DNA from: Nannocystales bacterium | Lineage (GTDB): Bacteria > Myxococcota_A > Polyangia > Nannocystales > Nannocystaceae | Reading direction: 5' to 3' | Assembly (NCBI GenBank): GCA_050633305.1 | Contig: JBOEGF010000014.1 | Span: 160,001-224,000 of the forward strand | DNA: 64,000 nt | Part shown: piece by piece, positions 8,257-18,697 of the stretch | How positions within the stretch are numbered: the stretch's first letter is position 1 | How the letters are laid out: every line of letters begins with the position of its first letter | Position numbers and translations under genes: made by a program | The notes under the pieces: generated by a model | Seen by the model: the letters and a program-made list of their open reading frames with translations, nothing else | The model's database searches: none | Told to the model about the DNA's origin: nothing

Positions 8257-10131
8257 TCAGTCACGCAGGGCCACTTCGATCGTCTTCGCCTCGCCTGCTC
8301 GTCGGAAGTCCAGCTTGAGCGTCTTGGCTTGCCGAACCTCGTCGGAGAGCGCAAGGATCAGGTTGTCCACGCTGGCGGTCAGGCTGAGTCCGTTGACCGA
8401 AAGCAGAAGGTCTCCATTCTTCAGGCCGACCAACCGCGGTGCGGTGTCCTGGCGGACTCCGAACAGCTTGAAGCCAATTTGCAGGCCATCCTCCATCGCC
8501 GGGACGATGCGGATCTGCTTCAGCACAGGGGGGGTCTGGCCGTTGATGCCGAAGAAAATGGAGCGGCTCACCGTGCAAGAGCCTGCGTCGCACTCGACGG
8601 CGTTAGGGTCCCACTCTACGGGGACGCACGCGCCGTTTCGCAGCTCGGTCCCGAGGCCACAGCGAAGTGACTGCGCTGTGGTCTCGCGCTCAGCAGCGTA
8701 GCGTGTCTCGGGAACACTGGAGCCGACCGAAATTTCCGCGCATGTCGGCCCGATCACGAAGGGACTTCGGGGGTCTGACGAACCTACGCCGGCCCCAAAG
8801 CTCCCGTCGCCGTTGCGGAGCCAAACCAGGTCGCCGACGGGGAGGAGGATGGAGCGAGCCGCGTTGTCCTCGAGGCGGAACGTCTCGGCATCAAGGCGCG
8901 GTTTCTCGCTGGGTCCCGTCGAGAACTCGACCCAGCCGCCGCACTTGTTGATGACGTTCATCTCGACACTCGCCGTGGGGGGGGCTGTGGGCTTTGGGCT
9001 GTCGCCGTCGCGTTGGACAAACATCGCGAGTCCTCCAACAGTTCCGAGCAGCGCGAGCGAGAACGCGACCAACGTTGCGCGAACCAGCCGAGGCCACGCC
9101 GTGGGTGGGCTCTCCGCTTTGGTCGCAGGGGTGCCGCGAAGGTGCTCCGACAGCACTCGCATCGAGGGAAACCGGTCGTCGGGGGTCGTGGAGAGGCCGC
9201 GTTGAATCACCGCCTGTGCGGCTTCAAGCTCGTGCGTGGCGAGCGTGGGACGCGACTGTGGCCCGAAGAGTGTCGCGTCACCACCGAGGACGGAGGCCGC
9301 AAGCTCGGCCATGGTTTCCCCTGCGAACGGGCGGACGCCCCAGATCGCTTCGTGCAACGCGATGCAGAACGCGAACTGGTCGGCACGGGCATCGACGTGT
9401 GAACCCTCGAACTGCTCGGGAGCCATGTAGCTGGGCGTGCCCGCGAGGATGCCGGTGCGGGTGATCGCCGGCTCGAGGACCTGCACGGACTCCGCAGCGC
9501 CTTCGACCTCCTGAAGGAGCGGGGCTCCGGGACTTCGTGCCATTCCGAAGTCGAGCACGCGAACCCGACCGTCATCCCCAACGATGACATTCTCCGGCTT
9601 GAAGTCACGGTGCACGATCCCCGCGTCGTGGGCGGCCTGAAGTCCCTGCGCGGCCTGTGCAAACGCGTCGAGCAGACTCGGCCCTCGAGGGGCGTCGAGC
9701 CAGGCCTGCAAGGTCCGACCCTGGACGAACTCCATAGCGACGAAGAGCTGTCCATCTTCGGTGCCCACCTCGTGCACGGTGACGACGTTGGGGTGGGAGA
9801 GCTTCGCCAGTGCCTTGGCCTCGATCGTCATACGGGCGCTGTGCATCTCGTCGCTGCGGTGGAGCACTTTCACCGCGACCTCTCGGTCTAGCGAGGGGTC
9901 CTGGGCCCGGTAGACGGTACCCATCGCCCCACTCCCGATCCGCGCGAGCACCTTGTAGCGCCCGATGGTCAGCGTCTCGCCCGGGTCGCCGAACATCTGC
10001 GCACGTAGCTGTGCCCGGCGGAACTTCTCGCTCAGCGGGGGCTTTCCGCCGAAGTGCGTCGCCAGAAGGCCGACTTCGGGTTCGCCCTCGGAGCCGTTGC
10101 CGTTCAAGGTGGGCATGTCTGCGTTCATCAT
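8257..10131 (-). CDS. Membrane Ser/Thr kinase with C-terminal GspC-type PDZ domain
   Basis: IGSGAMG, VAVK, HRDFKPEN, DFG, GTPSYMAPE; TM segment; C-terminal RIVPAMEDGLQIGFKLFGVR and GLKNGDLLLSVNG; start uncertain. Confidence 0.88.
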   Translation of the reverse strand: MMNADMPTLNGNGSEGEPEVGLLATHFGGKPPLSEKFRRAQLRAQMFGDPGETLTIGRYKVLARIGSGAMGTVYRAQDPSLDREVAVKVLHRSDEMHSARMTIEAKALAKLSHPNVVTVHEVGTEDGQLFVAMEFVQGRTLQAWLDAPRGPSLLDAFAQAAQGLQAAHDAGIVHRDFKPENVIVGDDGRVRVLDFGMARSPGAPLLQEVEGAAESVQVLEPAITRTGILAGTPSYMAPEQFEGSHVDARADQFAFCIALHEAIWGVRPFAGETMAELAASVLGGDATLFGPQSRPTLATHELEAAQAVIQRGLSTTPDDRFPSMRVLSEHLRGTPATKAESPPTAWPRLVRATLVAFSLALLGTVGGLAMFVQRDGDSPKPTAPPTASVEMNVINKCGGWVEFSTGPSEKPRLDAETFRLEDNAARSILLPVGDLVWLRNGDGSFGAGVGSSDPRSPFVIGPTCAEISVGSSVPETRYAAERETTAQSLRCGLGTELRNGACVPVEWDPNAVECDAGSCTVSRSIFFGINGQTPPVLKQIRIVPAMEDGLQIGFKLFGVRQDTAPRLVGLKNGDLLLSVNGLSLTASVDNLILALSDEVRQAKTLKLDFRRAGEAKTIEVALRD

Positions 10132-10207
10132 CGCTTGGGGCCGTCGCGCGGCGCCGCCAAGCAATTGGAAAAAGTTGTACGGCCCCGGAAACGGTACATT
10201 GAGGGCT

Positions 10208-10822
10208 GTGGGCGAGCAGCAGAGCGACCGGGAGCTTCTTGACGCCTGGGCGGGCGGTGAGAAGAACGCGGGCGCGGCGCTGTTCGACCGTCACTTCGGC
10301 GCGCTGTCCCGCTTTTTCCGGAACAAGGCCGGCGACGCGGCCGACGACCTGATTCAGCACAGCTTTCTGGCGTGCCTCGAGGCTCGAGACCGATTCGAGG
10401 GCAAGTCATCCTTCCGAACCTTCCTGTTCGCGATCGCCCGCAATGTCTTGTACGACCACTACCGGGCTCGTCATCGCACGCCGCAACCCCCCGACTTCTC
10501 CGTCAGCAGTCTGGCCGAGCTCGCGCCATCCGCATCGAGCATCATCGCCGCGGCGGGTCGCCAACGGTCGTTGTTGGAGGCGCTTCGGAACGTTCCGTTG
10601 CAGTTCCAGGTGGTGCTGGAGTTGTCGTTTTGGGAACGGATGACGGCGGGCGAGATCGGGGAGATCGTGGGCGCACCGGAGGGCACGGTTCGCACTCGGC
10701 TACGCCGGGCGAAAGAACTGGTCGCGAAGGAGGTCAAGCGGATCGAGAACCTCGGGCTCCCGCTCGAGACCACGATCCACCAGCTCGACGACTGGGCCGC
10801 CGCAGTTCGGGAGGGCCTGTAG
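10208..10822 (+). CDS. ECF (sigma-70 group 4) sigma factor
   Basis: Region 2 (ADDLIQHSFL, SSFRTFLFAIARN) and region 4 (EIGEIVGAPEGTVRTRLRRA). Confidence 0.92.
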   Translation: MGEQQSDRELLDAWAGGEKNAGAALFDRHFGALSRFFRNKAGDAADDLIQHSFLACLEARDRFEGKSSFRTFLFAIARNVLYDHYRARHRTPQPPDFSVSSLAELAPSASSIIAAAGRQRSLLEALRNVPLQFQVVLELSFWERMTAGEIGEIVGAPEGTVRTRLRRAKELVAKEVKRIENLGLPLETTIHQLDDWAAAVREGL

Positions 10823-10825
10823 AAG

Positions 10826-11668
10826 CTACGCTCCGCAGGCGCTGCCGCACTTGCTCGCCGCAAGGTCGGCACAGATGTAGTCGTACTCGGTGTCGCAGCA
10901 GTACGGGTCGAGGTCGCAGACGCAACCCTGGACCTTCGTGTCGTTGCAGCCAGGATCGTTCTGCGGAGCACAGCAGTCGTCGCTGGTGCATGCGTTGCAG
11001 TCACTCTCGGCCAAGTCGACGCAGGTCTCGTTCCAGTCGAGGTCGCAGCAGCCGGAGTCGAGCTCGCAGACACACGCCTCGGTCGCAGCGTGGGCGCAGC
11101 CATCGCCGACGGAGCAGCAGAGGTTGTCGCCGAAGTCGCCAGAGGTGCCGAACCCGGCGGAGTCGAAGCCGGACGAGCCGAACCCGGTGGAGCCGAAGCC
11201 GGAGGAGCCGAACCCGGTGGTGGGCGATGTGCTCACGCCTGTCGTGGGCCCAGAGGTCGAGTCCGAATCGTCGTCCGTTGCATCGGGTTGGCAGGTCGCG
11301 TCGCACCGAGCTTGAGCGATGTCGACGCATGACTCGCTCCAGTCGAATCCGCAGCAGGACGTGTCCATGTCGCAGACACACGCTTGCACCGCGGCCTCGT
11401 CACAACCAGGTCCGTCGTGCGCCGCACAGCAGCCAGAGCCCGTAGGCAGAGCGTCCGTCGTGCCTGGGTTCGAACTCGCGGAGGGGTCGGTCGGATCGGT
11501 CGCGGTTGGAGGGCTGTGACTTGTTGCCCCTCCTGCCAAGGTCGTTGCGGTGCTGCCGCCTTCGGTCGATCCTGGGTCGGTTCCTCCGCTCTCCGATGGC
11601 GAGCCGAAACATGCCAAGGCCAAGGCGAAGGGGGACAGGCCGAGGAGGCGGAGGGAGGACGGACGCAT
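10826..11668 (-). CDS. Cys-rich lipoprotein with three 10-Cys repeats
   Basis: Lipobox LALAC; Ser/Thr/Gly linker; three CC..C..CVC..CC..C..C..C units. Confidence 0.8.
   Translation of the reverse strand: MRPSSLRLLGLSPFALALACFGSPSESGGTDPGSTEGGSTATTLAGGATSHSPPTATDPTDPSASSNPGTTDALPTGSGCCAAHDGPGCDEAAVQACVCDMDTSCCGFDWSESCVDIAQARCDATCQPDATDDDSDSTSGPTTGVSTSPTTGFGSSGFGSTGFGSSGFDSAGFGTSGDFGDNLCCSVGDGCAHAATEACVCELDSGCCDLDWNETCVDLAESDCNACTSDDCCAPQNDPGCNDTKVQGCVCDLDPYCCDTEYDYICADLAASKCGSACGA
11129..11220 (-). repeat. Imperfect 15-bp coding tandem repeat encoding GFGS(S/T)
   Basis: Translation TGFGSSGFGSTGFGSSGFDSAGFGTSGDFG. Confidence 0.8.
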
Positions 11669-11773
11669 GCGGTGGCTCTGTGTCGAAGGACGCAGGGACG
11701 ACGAGGGGCGGACCCATCCCTACCATGAGTGCTGGTGGGGGACACCAGGGCTCGGGTCCACCTCCATCACCGC

Positions 11774-12865
11774 TCAGCCTTCGGGGAGAATCTGCTCGCA
11801 GGTCGAGACCACCGCCTCCGCCAGCGCGCTGCCCAGGACACCGGTGAAATCCAGGTCCTTGTCTGCGAGTGAGATCCACGATGCAGCGGGTTTGCTGAAC
11901 CCGGCCATGAAGTCCACCAAGCGAGTGTTGGTGTTTCCCGGTTGGTCGTAACACTCGCCTTGAATCGCGCCCGAGGTGATGATGCAGTCGTCACCACCAC
12001 ACTCGGCTTTCGCATCGCGCACGATGTCGATGAAGTCGGATGTCGGCACGCGTGAGGGCGTCAGGTCCGAGGAGTCGGACACCAAGAACAGGACCAGCAC
12101 TGCGTTCTGGCGCATGAACCCGGCGTTGTACTCGGCGTTGGAAGGGTGGAACGGGTAGGCCGCGCCGGCGACGATGGTCTCGGTGCAGGAGTGCGGTGCG
12201 AACGAGATCGTCTCTTCGAGCGCACCCTCGAACCACGTCTGCAGGTCCGCCGGATCTTCGCTGGTGGAGACCTCGAAGTAGCGTCTGCCCTCCCACTCGA
12301 ACAGACGACCCTGCTGACCGTTTTGGCCGCTGCTGCCCATGTCAGGTGGGAACCATCCGCCGTCGGTGATGGAGGCCTCGCAGCTTGGGCCGCTCCACCC
12401 ACCGGCGTTGCCCGGGTTGTAGAACCCGGTTCCGCGCGTGAGGCCGACGTGGAGGTCCGTACCCGGAGGTAGAGACGAGTTCATCTCTGCGATGAACGTT
12501 GGAAAGGCGTCCGCGATCGCTTGCCGATGCACGCCCATCGAGGCCGAGTTGTCGATGACGAACAACAGGTCGACCGCGTTGCACTGGCAGTCTTCACCGG
12601 ATGCTGCGTCGCATCCCGGGCTCGAAGTTCCGCCTGGGTTGACGTCGAAGTGGAAGGAGCCGGTGGACTCGTCGCTCGTGCTGCCGCTCGTATCGGCACG
12701 CCCCGTCGTACCCGGTGTCTGGCCGGTGGTGACCGGTGCCGATGTCGAGGACGATCCAGCAGAGGCGGCGGTTCCCATGGCGTCATCGCCGTCGTTCGCA
12801 CATGATGTCGAAAGCGCCGCTACGACCCCCAGGAGCCCCACAGTCGCGCTCTTACTCATTCTCAT
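11774..12865 (-). CDS. Lipoprotein with a vWA-like domain
   Basis: Lipobox STSC; Ser/Thr linker; VDLLFVIDNSASM (DxSxS MIDAS motif); FMRQNAVLVLFLVSD. Confidence 0.8.
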   Translation of the reverse strand: MRMSKSATVGLLGVVAALSTSCANDGDDAMGTAASAGSSSTSAPVTTGQTPGTTGRADTSGSTSDESTGSFHFDVNPGGTSSPGCDAASGEDCQCNAVDLLFVIDNSASMGVHRQAIADAFPTFIAEMNSSLPPGTDLHVGLTRGTGFYNPGNAGGWSGPSCEASITDGGWFPPDMGSSGQNGQQGRLFEWEGRRYFEVSTSEDPADLQTWFEGALEETISFAPHSCTETIVAGAAYPFHPSNAEYNAGFMRQNAVLVLFLVSDSSDLTPSRVPTSDFIDIVRDAKAECGGDDCIITSGAIQGECYDQPGNTNTRLVDFMAGFSKPAASWISLADKDLDFTGVLGSALAEAVVSTCEQILPEG

Positions 12866-13101
12866 CGATCGAGATGTACCATCGGGTGTTCGGGCTCGAT
12901 AGGCCGTGCCCGCCCCCAGATGCGCTGTCACACGGGGACAGTTGGGGGATGTCGGCACCATGGAGGGCGACTGTTTTCGCTCCCTATTCCCACGGACATC
13001 GGTCGTGGTCGATGTTGTCCATGAAGATGGGTTCGTCTCCGCGCTTCGGAGGTCGTTGCTCCACGCCGCACCCTGTCGACATCCGTGCTAAACGGCTCGC
13101 C

Positions 13102-14193
13102 GTGGTCGTTCACGTCGAGCCGGTCGAACAGCTGCCCACGGTCAAACTCACGCTGCTCGCGGGGTTCCTTGGCGCCGGAAAAACCACGCTCCTCAACGCC
13201 TTGGTGCGGGCAGAGCACGGGGTTCGTGTTGGGGTCATCGTCAACGACTTCGGCCAGATCAACATCGACGCCGAGCTCGTTGCGAGCACAGACGGCGACA
13301 CCGTCACGCTCGCCAACGGGTGCATCTGCTGCACCATTCGCGACGACCTCCTGCTCACCCTGTTTCGTTTGTTGCATCGCGACGACGCGCCCGAGCACGT
13401 CATCATCGAGTGCAGCGGCGTCTCGGATCCCGCGGCGGTCCTTCGCGGGTTCGAGGAAGCGCGGCTGTACGACATCGTGGACATCGACGCGGTGGTTGTG
13501 GTCGTCGATGCCGAGCAGATGATGACGCTCGAGTTTCGCGATGAGCCACTGGCACTTCATCAGCTGGCGGTGGCAGACCTGGTCGTGTTGAACAAGGTCG
13601 ATCTCGTGGACGACGTGCAGCTCGAAGTCGTCGAGGCCAAGGTCCTCAAGACGGTGCCTGGGGTGCGCGTGCTTCACTCGGTTCGAGGGCAGGTCGAGTT
13701 CGATCTTCTGTTGGGCATCGGGAGGTTCGACCCCTCTCGGCATCTCCCTGATGCCGTGGACGTACATGTCCACGAAACTGGACACTCGGAGACGGACCAC
13801 GAGGACGACCACGGTGACCACGACACGGTCTACGCGACGTGGAGTTTCACCAGCGATCGCCCGCTGCAACCGGACCGAGTCCGAGCGGCGCTCGATGCTC
13901 TTCCTGTCGGTGTCTATCGGGCAAAGGGCATCTTGCATGTGCAAGGGGAGCCCAATCGAAGGGTCGTCGTGCAGGTGGTGGGCCGCCGCATCGAGGTCGA
14001 GTTGGGCGATCACTGGGAGGACGCGCAGAAGCGCTCCCAACTGGTCACGATCGGGCTACGAGACGGTGTCGATCCTGTCGCACTCGAGGCCGCATTTCGC
14101 GCCTGCGAGGTCGAAGAGAAGCCGTCCGGTGTGTCCCTGCTCGCGCAATGGGTGCGCAGCCGATGGCCGAAAAAAAATCGAGAAAAGGTCTGA
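13102..14193 (+). CDS. COG0523/CobW-family metal-chaperone GTPase
   Basis: GFLGAGKTT, NDFG, NGCICC, IECSG, NKVD; His-rich insert; CobW_C-like RAKG; start uncertain. Confidence 0.92.
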   Translation: MVVHVEPVEQLPTVKLTLLAGFLGAGKTTLLNALVRAEHGVRVGVIVNDFGQINIDAELVASTDGDTVTLANGCICCTIRDDLLLTLFRLLHRDDAPEHVIIECSGVSDPAAVLRGFEEARLYDIVDIDAVVVVVDAEQMMTLEFRDEPLALHQLAVADLVVLNKVDLVDDVQLEVVEAKVLKTVPGVRVLHSVRGQVEFDLLLGIGRFDPSRHLPDAVDVHVHETGHSETDHEDDHGDHDTVYATWSFTSDRPLQPDRVRAALDALPVGVYRAKGILHVQGEPNRRVVVQVVGRRIEVELGDHWEDAQKRSQLVTIGLRDGVDPVALEAAFRACEVEEKPSGVSLLAQWVRSRWPKKNREKV

Positions 14194-14317
14194 TCGATCT
14201 GGGCTCGAACGTCACTAGTAAATGAGGGAGTTGGGAGCGTCGCTCTCATCTCTCGGGGACGTCGCAGGAGCGCAACCAGAGCCGGAAGGTGAGGGAGGAG
14301 GATTCTCCCTCACATGC

Positions 14318-16207
14318 TCACCCCGTTTCCACCCGAGTGTCAGTATCAGCGTCGGGTGTTTCCCCTGTATCGGAGGCATCGGGGGTATCGGATGTATCGG
14401 ACTCGGGGGTGTCGAGCTTGGTCTCGATGAACACACGGAGCGAGGGCACCGTAAATTCATCGTTCACCACGGCATCCAGGGCCGCCTGTGCGGTCGCTTG
14501 GGCCTCGTGCGTGGTGTGTTCGGCCAGGTCGGGCTGAGCGTGCTCGAGCAGGAGTTCGGCGAGGTAGTAGACGGCCTTCGACGCGTCCACGATCTCCGGG
14601 TCTGCGTGGTACTGCGTCAGAAACCGCGCGGCACCTTCCACCGTCTGTGGGGCGCTGATGTCCCGCAGTGCCCGTGCCACGTGGTCGAGCTCTTCGGGCT
14701 CGAGCTCGGGGAGGTCGAGCAGCGCGACCAGCGGCTTGAAGACGGCCTCGCCCCCAGCCTCGACCGCCTCCAACGCGGCATCTCGAAGCGCGTCTCCACG
14801 TAGCTTCGTCGACGCGAGTTTCCCGGCGAGGGCCTGGACGGTCTGTGGATCCCCACGACCCCAAGCTTCCGAGAGGAGGCTGTCGGCATGGTCCAGGAGC
14901 GCGAGCGTGGCGTCGGAGTCATCGGGACGCGAGACGCCCGCGGCGACGTTCTCCACGGCACGGCGGACCGTCGGGCGGGGGTCTCGCCAAAGCAGGGTCA
15001 GGGCGAGCTTCTGAGCGGGTAGAAGCCGCTCGTCGGGGTCTTCGATGAGACCCTGCAACAACGCAACGGTGGTGTCGCGGTCGACCGCGTTGTCCGCTCC
15101 GTCGACGGGTCGGCTGTGGCCGATGAATGCAGCGCCCCGAGGTTCGAGCACGCCCTCGATCTCCTGGCGGACTCGTCCGGTCGCGCGGTCGAGGTGCACC
15201 AGCGCTCCATCATCGCGGACCAAGAGCACCGCATCGGGCATCGCCGCAAAGTCGACATACTCCCGTTGGTCCATCCTCGTGTGAACCCAGCGTGCTCGCG
15301 AGAGGCGACCGCGTTCATCCAGGCGGACGAAGATCAGGGCGCGCCGTCCCAGGAACAACGCCTCCCGCGGGGCACCGGCGCCAGCGGGAGGCAAGAGCCG
15401 AAACACGACGCCCGCGTGGTGTCCGAGGCCAGGCTCGATGCCATCCACGCGTGCGAAGAGTTGGGCGTCGTCCTGCTCGTAGTCGTATCGGGTACCGACG
15501 GCCAGGTCGATCAGGGCGTCGCCATCGGAGGCGAGCACGGTCTGTCCATGTCGTTCGACGCGATCGAGTTCAACTCCGCCGGTGCTGCGGGTCCCGAGGG
15601 TCCGACCCGTCCGCATGCTGACGGCGATGACCCTGTCCCCTGAAGGCACGAACGCCGTCCTCCCACTCGCCGCCGGGACTCCAAGCAAGGTGTTGCTGGG
15701 ACGGGTCCACCGAATGCGGCCGTCGTTCATCGACATGCCTCCAACGATGGAGCGTGCGGTCTCGCGGTCTCGTGGTCGCCGGCGATCTTTGGGGTCGGCT
15801 TGCAGCGCAGTGACGATGACACCGCGGGCGGAGGCGTCGAGTCCGGTGAGGACTTGGCCGGGGAGGGCGTGCTGCCACAGCGTCGCCCCGGTGTTCGCGT
15901 CGAGGGCGATCGCACGGTGCCCGTAGACTGGGACCACGACCGCATCACCGACCGACACGGGCGGACCAAACGCGCGGATGGGCCGACGCCAGAGCTCCGC
16001 ACCACTGAGAGGGTCGACACCGACCGCCTCCGCGTCGGAGAACAGGACCAGGCGAAGGGAGCTGTTCTTCTCCGGCTGAACCGCGTCTCGCATCGCCCGG
16101 GTGAAGGGGGCTCCGGAGCGACGCGGCTCGAGAGGTCCGCGTGCGCAGGCGGCGAGCGAGCTCAGCAGCAGAGCGCTAGCGACGAGATTTGCGAACGATC
16201 TTGGCAA
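14318..16207 (-). CDS. Lipoprotein with PQQ-like beta-propeller and helical C-terminal domain
   Basis: LAAC lipobox; repeats DPLSGAELW, DANTGATLW, DGRIRW, DRATG. Confidence 0.75.
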   Translation of the reverse strand: MPRSFANLVASALLLSSLAACARGPLEPRRSGAPFTRAMRDAVQPEKNSSLRLVLFSDAEAVGVDPLSGAELWRRPIRAFGPPVSVGDAVVVPVYGHRAIALDANTGATLWQHALPGQVLTGLDASARGVIVTALQADPKDRRRPRDRETARSIVGGMSMNDGRIRWTRPSNTLLGVPAASGRTAFVPSGDRVIAVSMRTGRTLGTRSTGGVELDRVERHGQTVLASDGDALIDLAVGTRYDYEQDDAQLFARVDGIEPGLGHHAGVVFRLLPPAGAGAPREALFLGRRALIFVRLDERGRLSRARWVHTRMDQREYVDFAAMPDAVLLVRDDGALVHLDRATGRVRQEIEGVLEPRGAAFIGHSRPVDGADNAVDRDTTVALLQGLIEDPDERLLPAQKLALTLLWRDPRPTVRRAVENVAAGVSRPDDSDATLALLDHADSLLSEAWGRGDPQTVQALAGKLASTKLRGDALRDAALEAVEAGGEAVFKPLVALLDLPELEPEELDHVARALRDISAPQTVEGAARFLTQYHADPEIVDASKAVYYLAELLLEHAQPDLAEHTTHEAQATAQAALDAVVNDEFTVPSLRVFIETKLDTPESDTSDTPDASDTGETPDADTDTRVETG

Positions 16208-16676
16208 CGGCCTCGTCCCGGGCGAGGAGTCGCATCAGCGCCTCTTCGACGTGAGGGGCGGTGTAGGCGAGCGCCATCTCGACGCCGAGGACTCGGATCT
16301 CGGTTGTGGGGTCGTCCATCGCGAGCAGCGCGGCCTCGCCACCAAAGTCTCGGTCGATCGAGGCGAGCGCGACCAACGCTCGGGCGCGGATCGTTGCCTT
16401 GCGATAGCGCGCATATCGACGCAGTGCGGGCGCATATTCCTCTCGGGGATAGCTGCGCGCATTGTCGACGAACGCTGCCAACGACTTGGGCGGCAGCCCA
16501 CCTGCGACCTTGGAGAGCACGACACCCAGCGCGATCGGATCGGCGCGCGACATCATGCTGTCGAAGAGACGAGCCTGACGCGCGTCGTGATCGAAGTGCC
16601 GCGCGGCCTTGGGGGGCGTCGCGCGGTTTGCGTCAGCCGTTGTGCCAGTCAGCAGCGCCAGGACCAAAACCCACAT
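16176..16676 (-). CDS. Exported hypothetical protein, HEAT-like repeats
   Basis: Signal-like N-terminus; IRARALVALA and DDPTTEIR; overlaps the downstream gene start. Confidence 0.55.
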   Translation of the reverse strand: MWVLVLALLTGTTADANRATPPKAARHFDHDARQARLFDSMMSRADPIALGVVLSKVAGGLPPKSLAAFVDNARSYPREEYAPALRRYARYRKATIRARALVALASIDRDFGGEAALLAMDDPTTEIRVLGVEMALAYTAPHVEEALMRLLARDEAVAKIVRKSRR

Positions 16677-16803
16677 TGCTGCTCGGGCCTAGCACGGGTG
16701 TTCGCGAGGCGGAAGAAACACCGCAAAGCTGGGTGTAGGTGTGCGTCGGGCGAATCCGCCCGAGACGGAGCCAGAGTCGCGCAGGTGACGCTCCGACAAG
16801 AAC

Positions 16804-18285
16804 TCACCCGAGCATCATCGAGAACGCTGCCCCACCGGCGAACAGCAACGCACCGAGGATCGCGAGCAGCATGTACTGCCAAGATCCGCCGGACTGAGCG
16901 GCAGGGGTGGTCTGCGTGGGTGCGCCCGCTTTTGGATCCGCGCTGTCGATGGCGGCCAGCTCGGCTTCGAGGGTCGCCAGGAGGGCTCGCCCACCTCCCA
17001 CGTTCGCGTCACGGACCGAGGGAGGCTTTGCGGTGACGACACCCGCGTGGGGTTCGACGCGAGTCCGGGTCGGGATCCGGTCGGACCGCTCCGCCACGGC
17101 TGCAGCTGCGGCTGAAGCTGGGGTGTCCTGCGGAGTGGGGGCCTTTGGGGGCAGTGAGGGGGTCCTCGCTTTGGAGGTCTGAAGAGGTCGTCGCTGCGAC
17201 CGAGCGGGCCGATGGGGTACGGCACGGGGCACCTTGGCGGGAGGCCGGGCATCGATCGACGTCGAGATCCGTTCCTTGGCTTGGCGCGTGATGCTGTAGC
17301 CGGTCGCAGCGTCTGGCATCGCGGGGGTTGGCGCTGCACCTGGCCGCGGGATTTCGAGAATCTTGGGCGCGTCCGGAGGCGTTTGGGTTCCGCCGCCGAT
17401 GCTGGGAGCGTCGACCACGATCACACACTGACTCTTGGCGAGGAGGATGATTGCCTCGAGCGTTCGGAACTCGCCCAACAGGCCAAACTCGGAGAGCTCG
17501 CGAAGAGAGCGCTGGCCGTCGCAGAGTCGGAAGACGGTTCGCGCCAGATCCCACGCCCTCTTGTTGGCGGAGTCGGGCTCGGCGTCGCCCCATCCCTCGG
17601 AATCACCCGTGGAGCTCGGCTTGCCTCCTGGCGGGAGCGGGCCCGGCTCGTACATGGGAAGCGCGAGTTGCCCCTGGTCCCCGAGTTTGTCCAGCATTCG
17701 AGGCAGTTCGTCTTCTCGACGCGCCTGCTCCATCAGGAGGTGCTGAAGACTTGGGCTGGCCTCGAGGGGCAGGGTGCGGGCCTGCCACGTCAGATCTCCG
17801 CGAAGCAGGGTGATTCGGGTTCCGGGGACGGAGCTTTGTCGAAGGGCCTCGAGTGCGCTCTCGTAGACGAACTCGCGCGCGAGGTCTTTCCACTGAGGGT
17901 CAGGCGTATCGGACTGGCTCGGGGGTGGGGTCTTCGTCCGCTCGGGAAAACGGGCGTGCAGCTCCTCGCTCCACGACACGAGCTCTCCGAGGACTCCGGG
18001 TCCGCAAGCGCCGGTGAGTCGGCCCTTCTCCAGGTGAAACCCGCATCCGCGTTTCCCATTCATCGACTCCACCAGGAGCACGCCACTGGGCTCGTGGCCT
18101 GCCAGGGCTGCCAGCATCTCGACCGCGGGCATGCCCTCCGACGAGGTTGCGGTGGTGGGGTTGAGGTGGGCGATGTTGGTGGTGACTTCGGCAACCGGGA
18201 CGCCGCACAGGGTCAGGATGCGCGTACCGACTTCCACAGGCGCTGCGCCCTGAAGCTGGCTTGCGAGAAGCTCCGCCGTCGTCAC
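16804..18285 (-). CDS. DUF4388/PatA-N-like protein with Pro-rich linker and C-terminal TM anchor
   Basis: [38 protein letters not shown]; terminal hydrophobic helix; GTG start inferred. Confidence 0.55.
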   Translation of the reverse strand: MTTAELLASQLQGAAPVEVGTRILTLCGVPVAEVTTNIAHLNPTTATSSEGMPAVEMLAALAGHEPSGVLLVESMNGKRGCGFHLEKGRLTGACGPGVLGELVSWSEELHARFPERTKTPPPSQSDTPDPQWKDLAREFVYESALEALRQSSVPGTRITLLRGDLTWQARTLPLEASPSLQHLLMEQARREDELPRMLDKLGDQGQLALPMYEPGPLPPGGKPSSTGDSEGWGDAEPDSANKRAWDLARTVFRLCDGQRSLRELSEFGLLGEFRTLEAIILLAKSQCVIVVDAPSIGGGTQTPPDAPKILEIPRPGAAPTPAMPDAATGYSITRQAKERISTSIDARPPAKVPRAVPHRPARSQRRPLQTSKARTPSLPPKAPTPQDTPASAAAAAVAERSDRIPTRTRVEPHAGVVTAKPPSVRDANVGGGRALLATLEAELAAIDSADPKAGAPTQTTPAAQSGGSWQYMLLAILGALLFAGGAAFSMMLG

Positions 18286-18697
18286 CGTGTCGGTGCGTTG
18301 GTGGAGTGTTGGGGCTGCGCTGCGTTCCACGGGTCCTGGAGATCGAAATGGTGTTGTGCGGTCGAAAATGCAACGCGTGAAGGCGCGCCGGTGGGCGGCC
18401 CGTTTCAGGCAATCGGCTGAGAACACCCGTTTTGGGCCATCGACCGGGGGATCGGAGCAGTCGATCGGGTCGTCGATTAATTCGCTCGCCGCCACAAAAA
18501 GTTTGATCCAGCCTTTTCGTCGCAAGCGGCGGCGGAGTTTCTGGTGCCATCCGCCCCGACCCGGCCGACCGTTGCTGGCCCGCTGCTCGCGGAGCGCTGC
18601 CCCGCTGGACCCTGGGTTGGATTGCCGTCGGACCCCCTGCACGGAGAGCCCCGACAAACCCTTGCTTCGGCGCGCTGGGCGTTTTCTACTTCGGCCT

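Noticed and set aside
12866..13101. Possible cobalamin riboswitch or Zur box upstream of the COG0523 gene
   Set aside because: Short stems are present, but I could not recognise a B12 box or an AT-rich Zur palindrome
18287..18697. Long N-terminal extensions in the ORF track (pgm here; also CobW, ECF, DUF962, DUF1501, ABC subunit)
   Set aside because: Family homology begins at downstream starts; open extensions are expected in high-GC DNA
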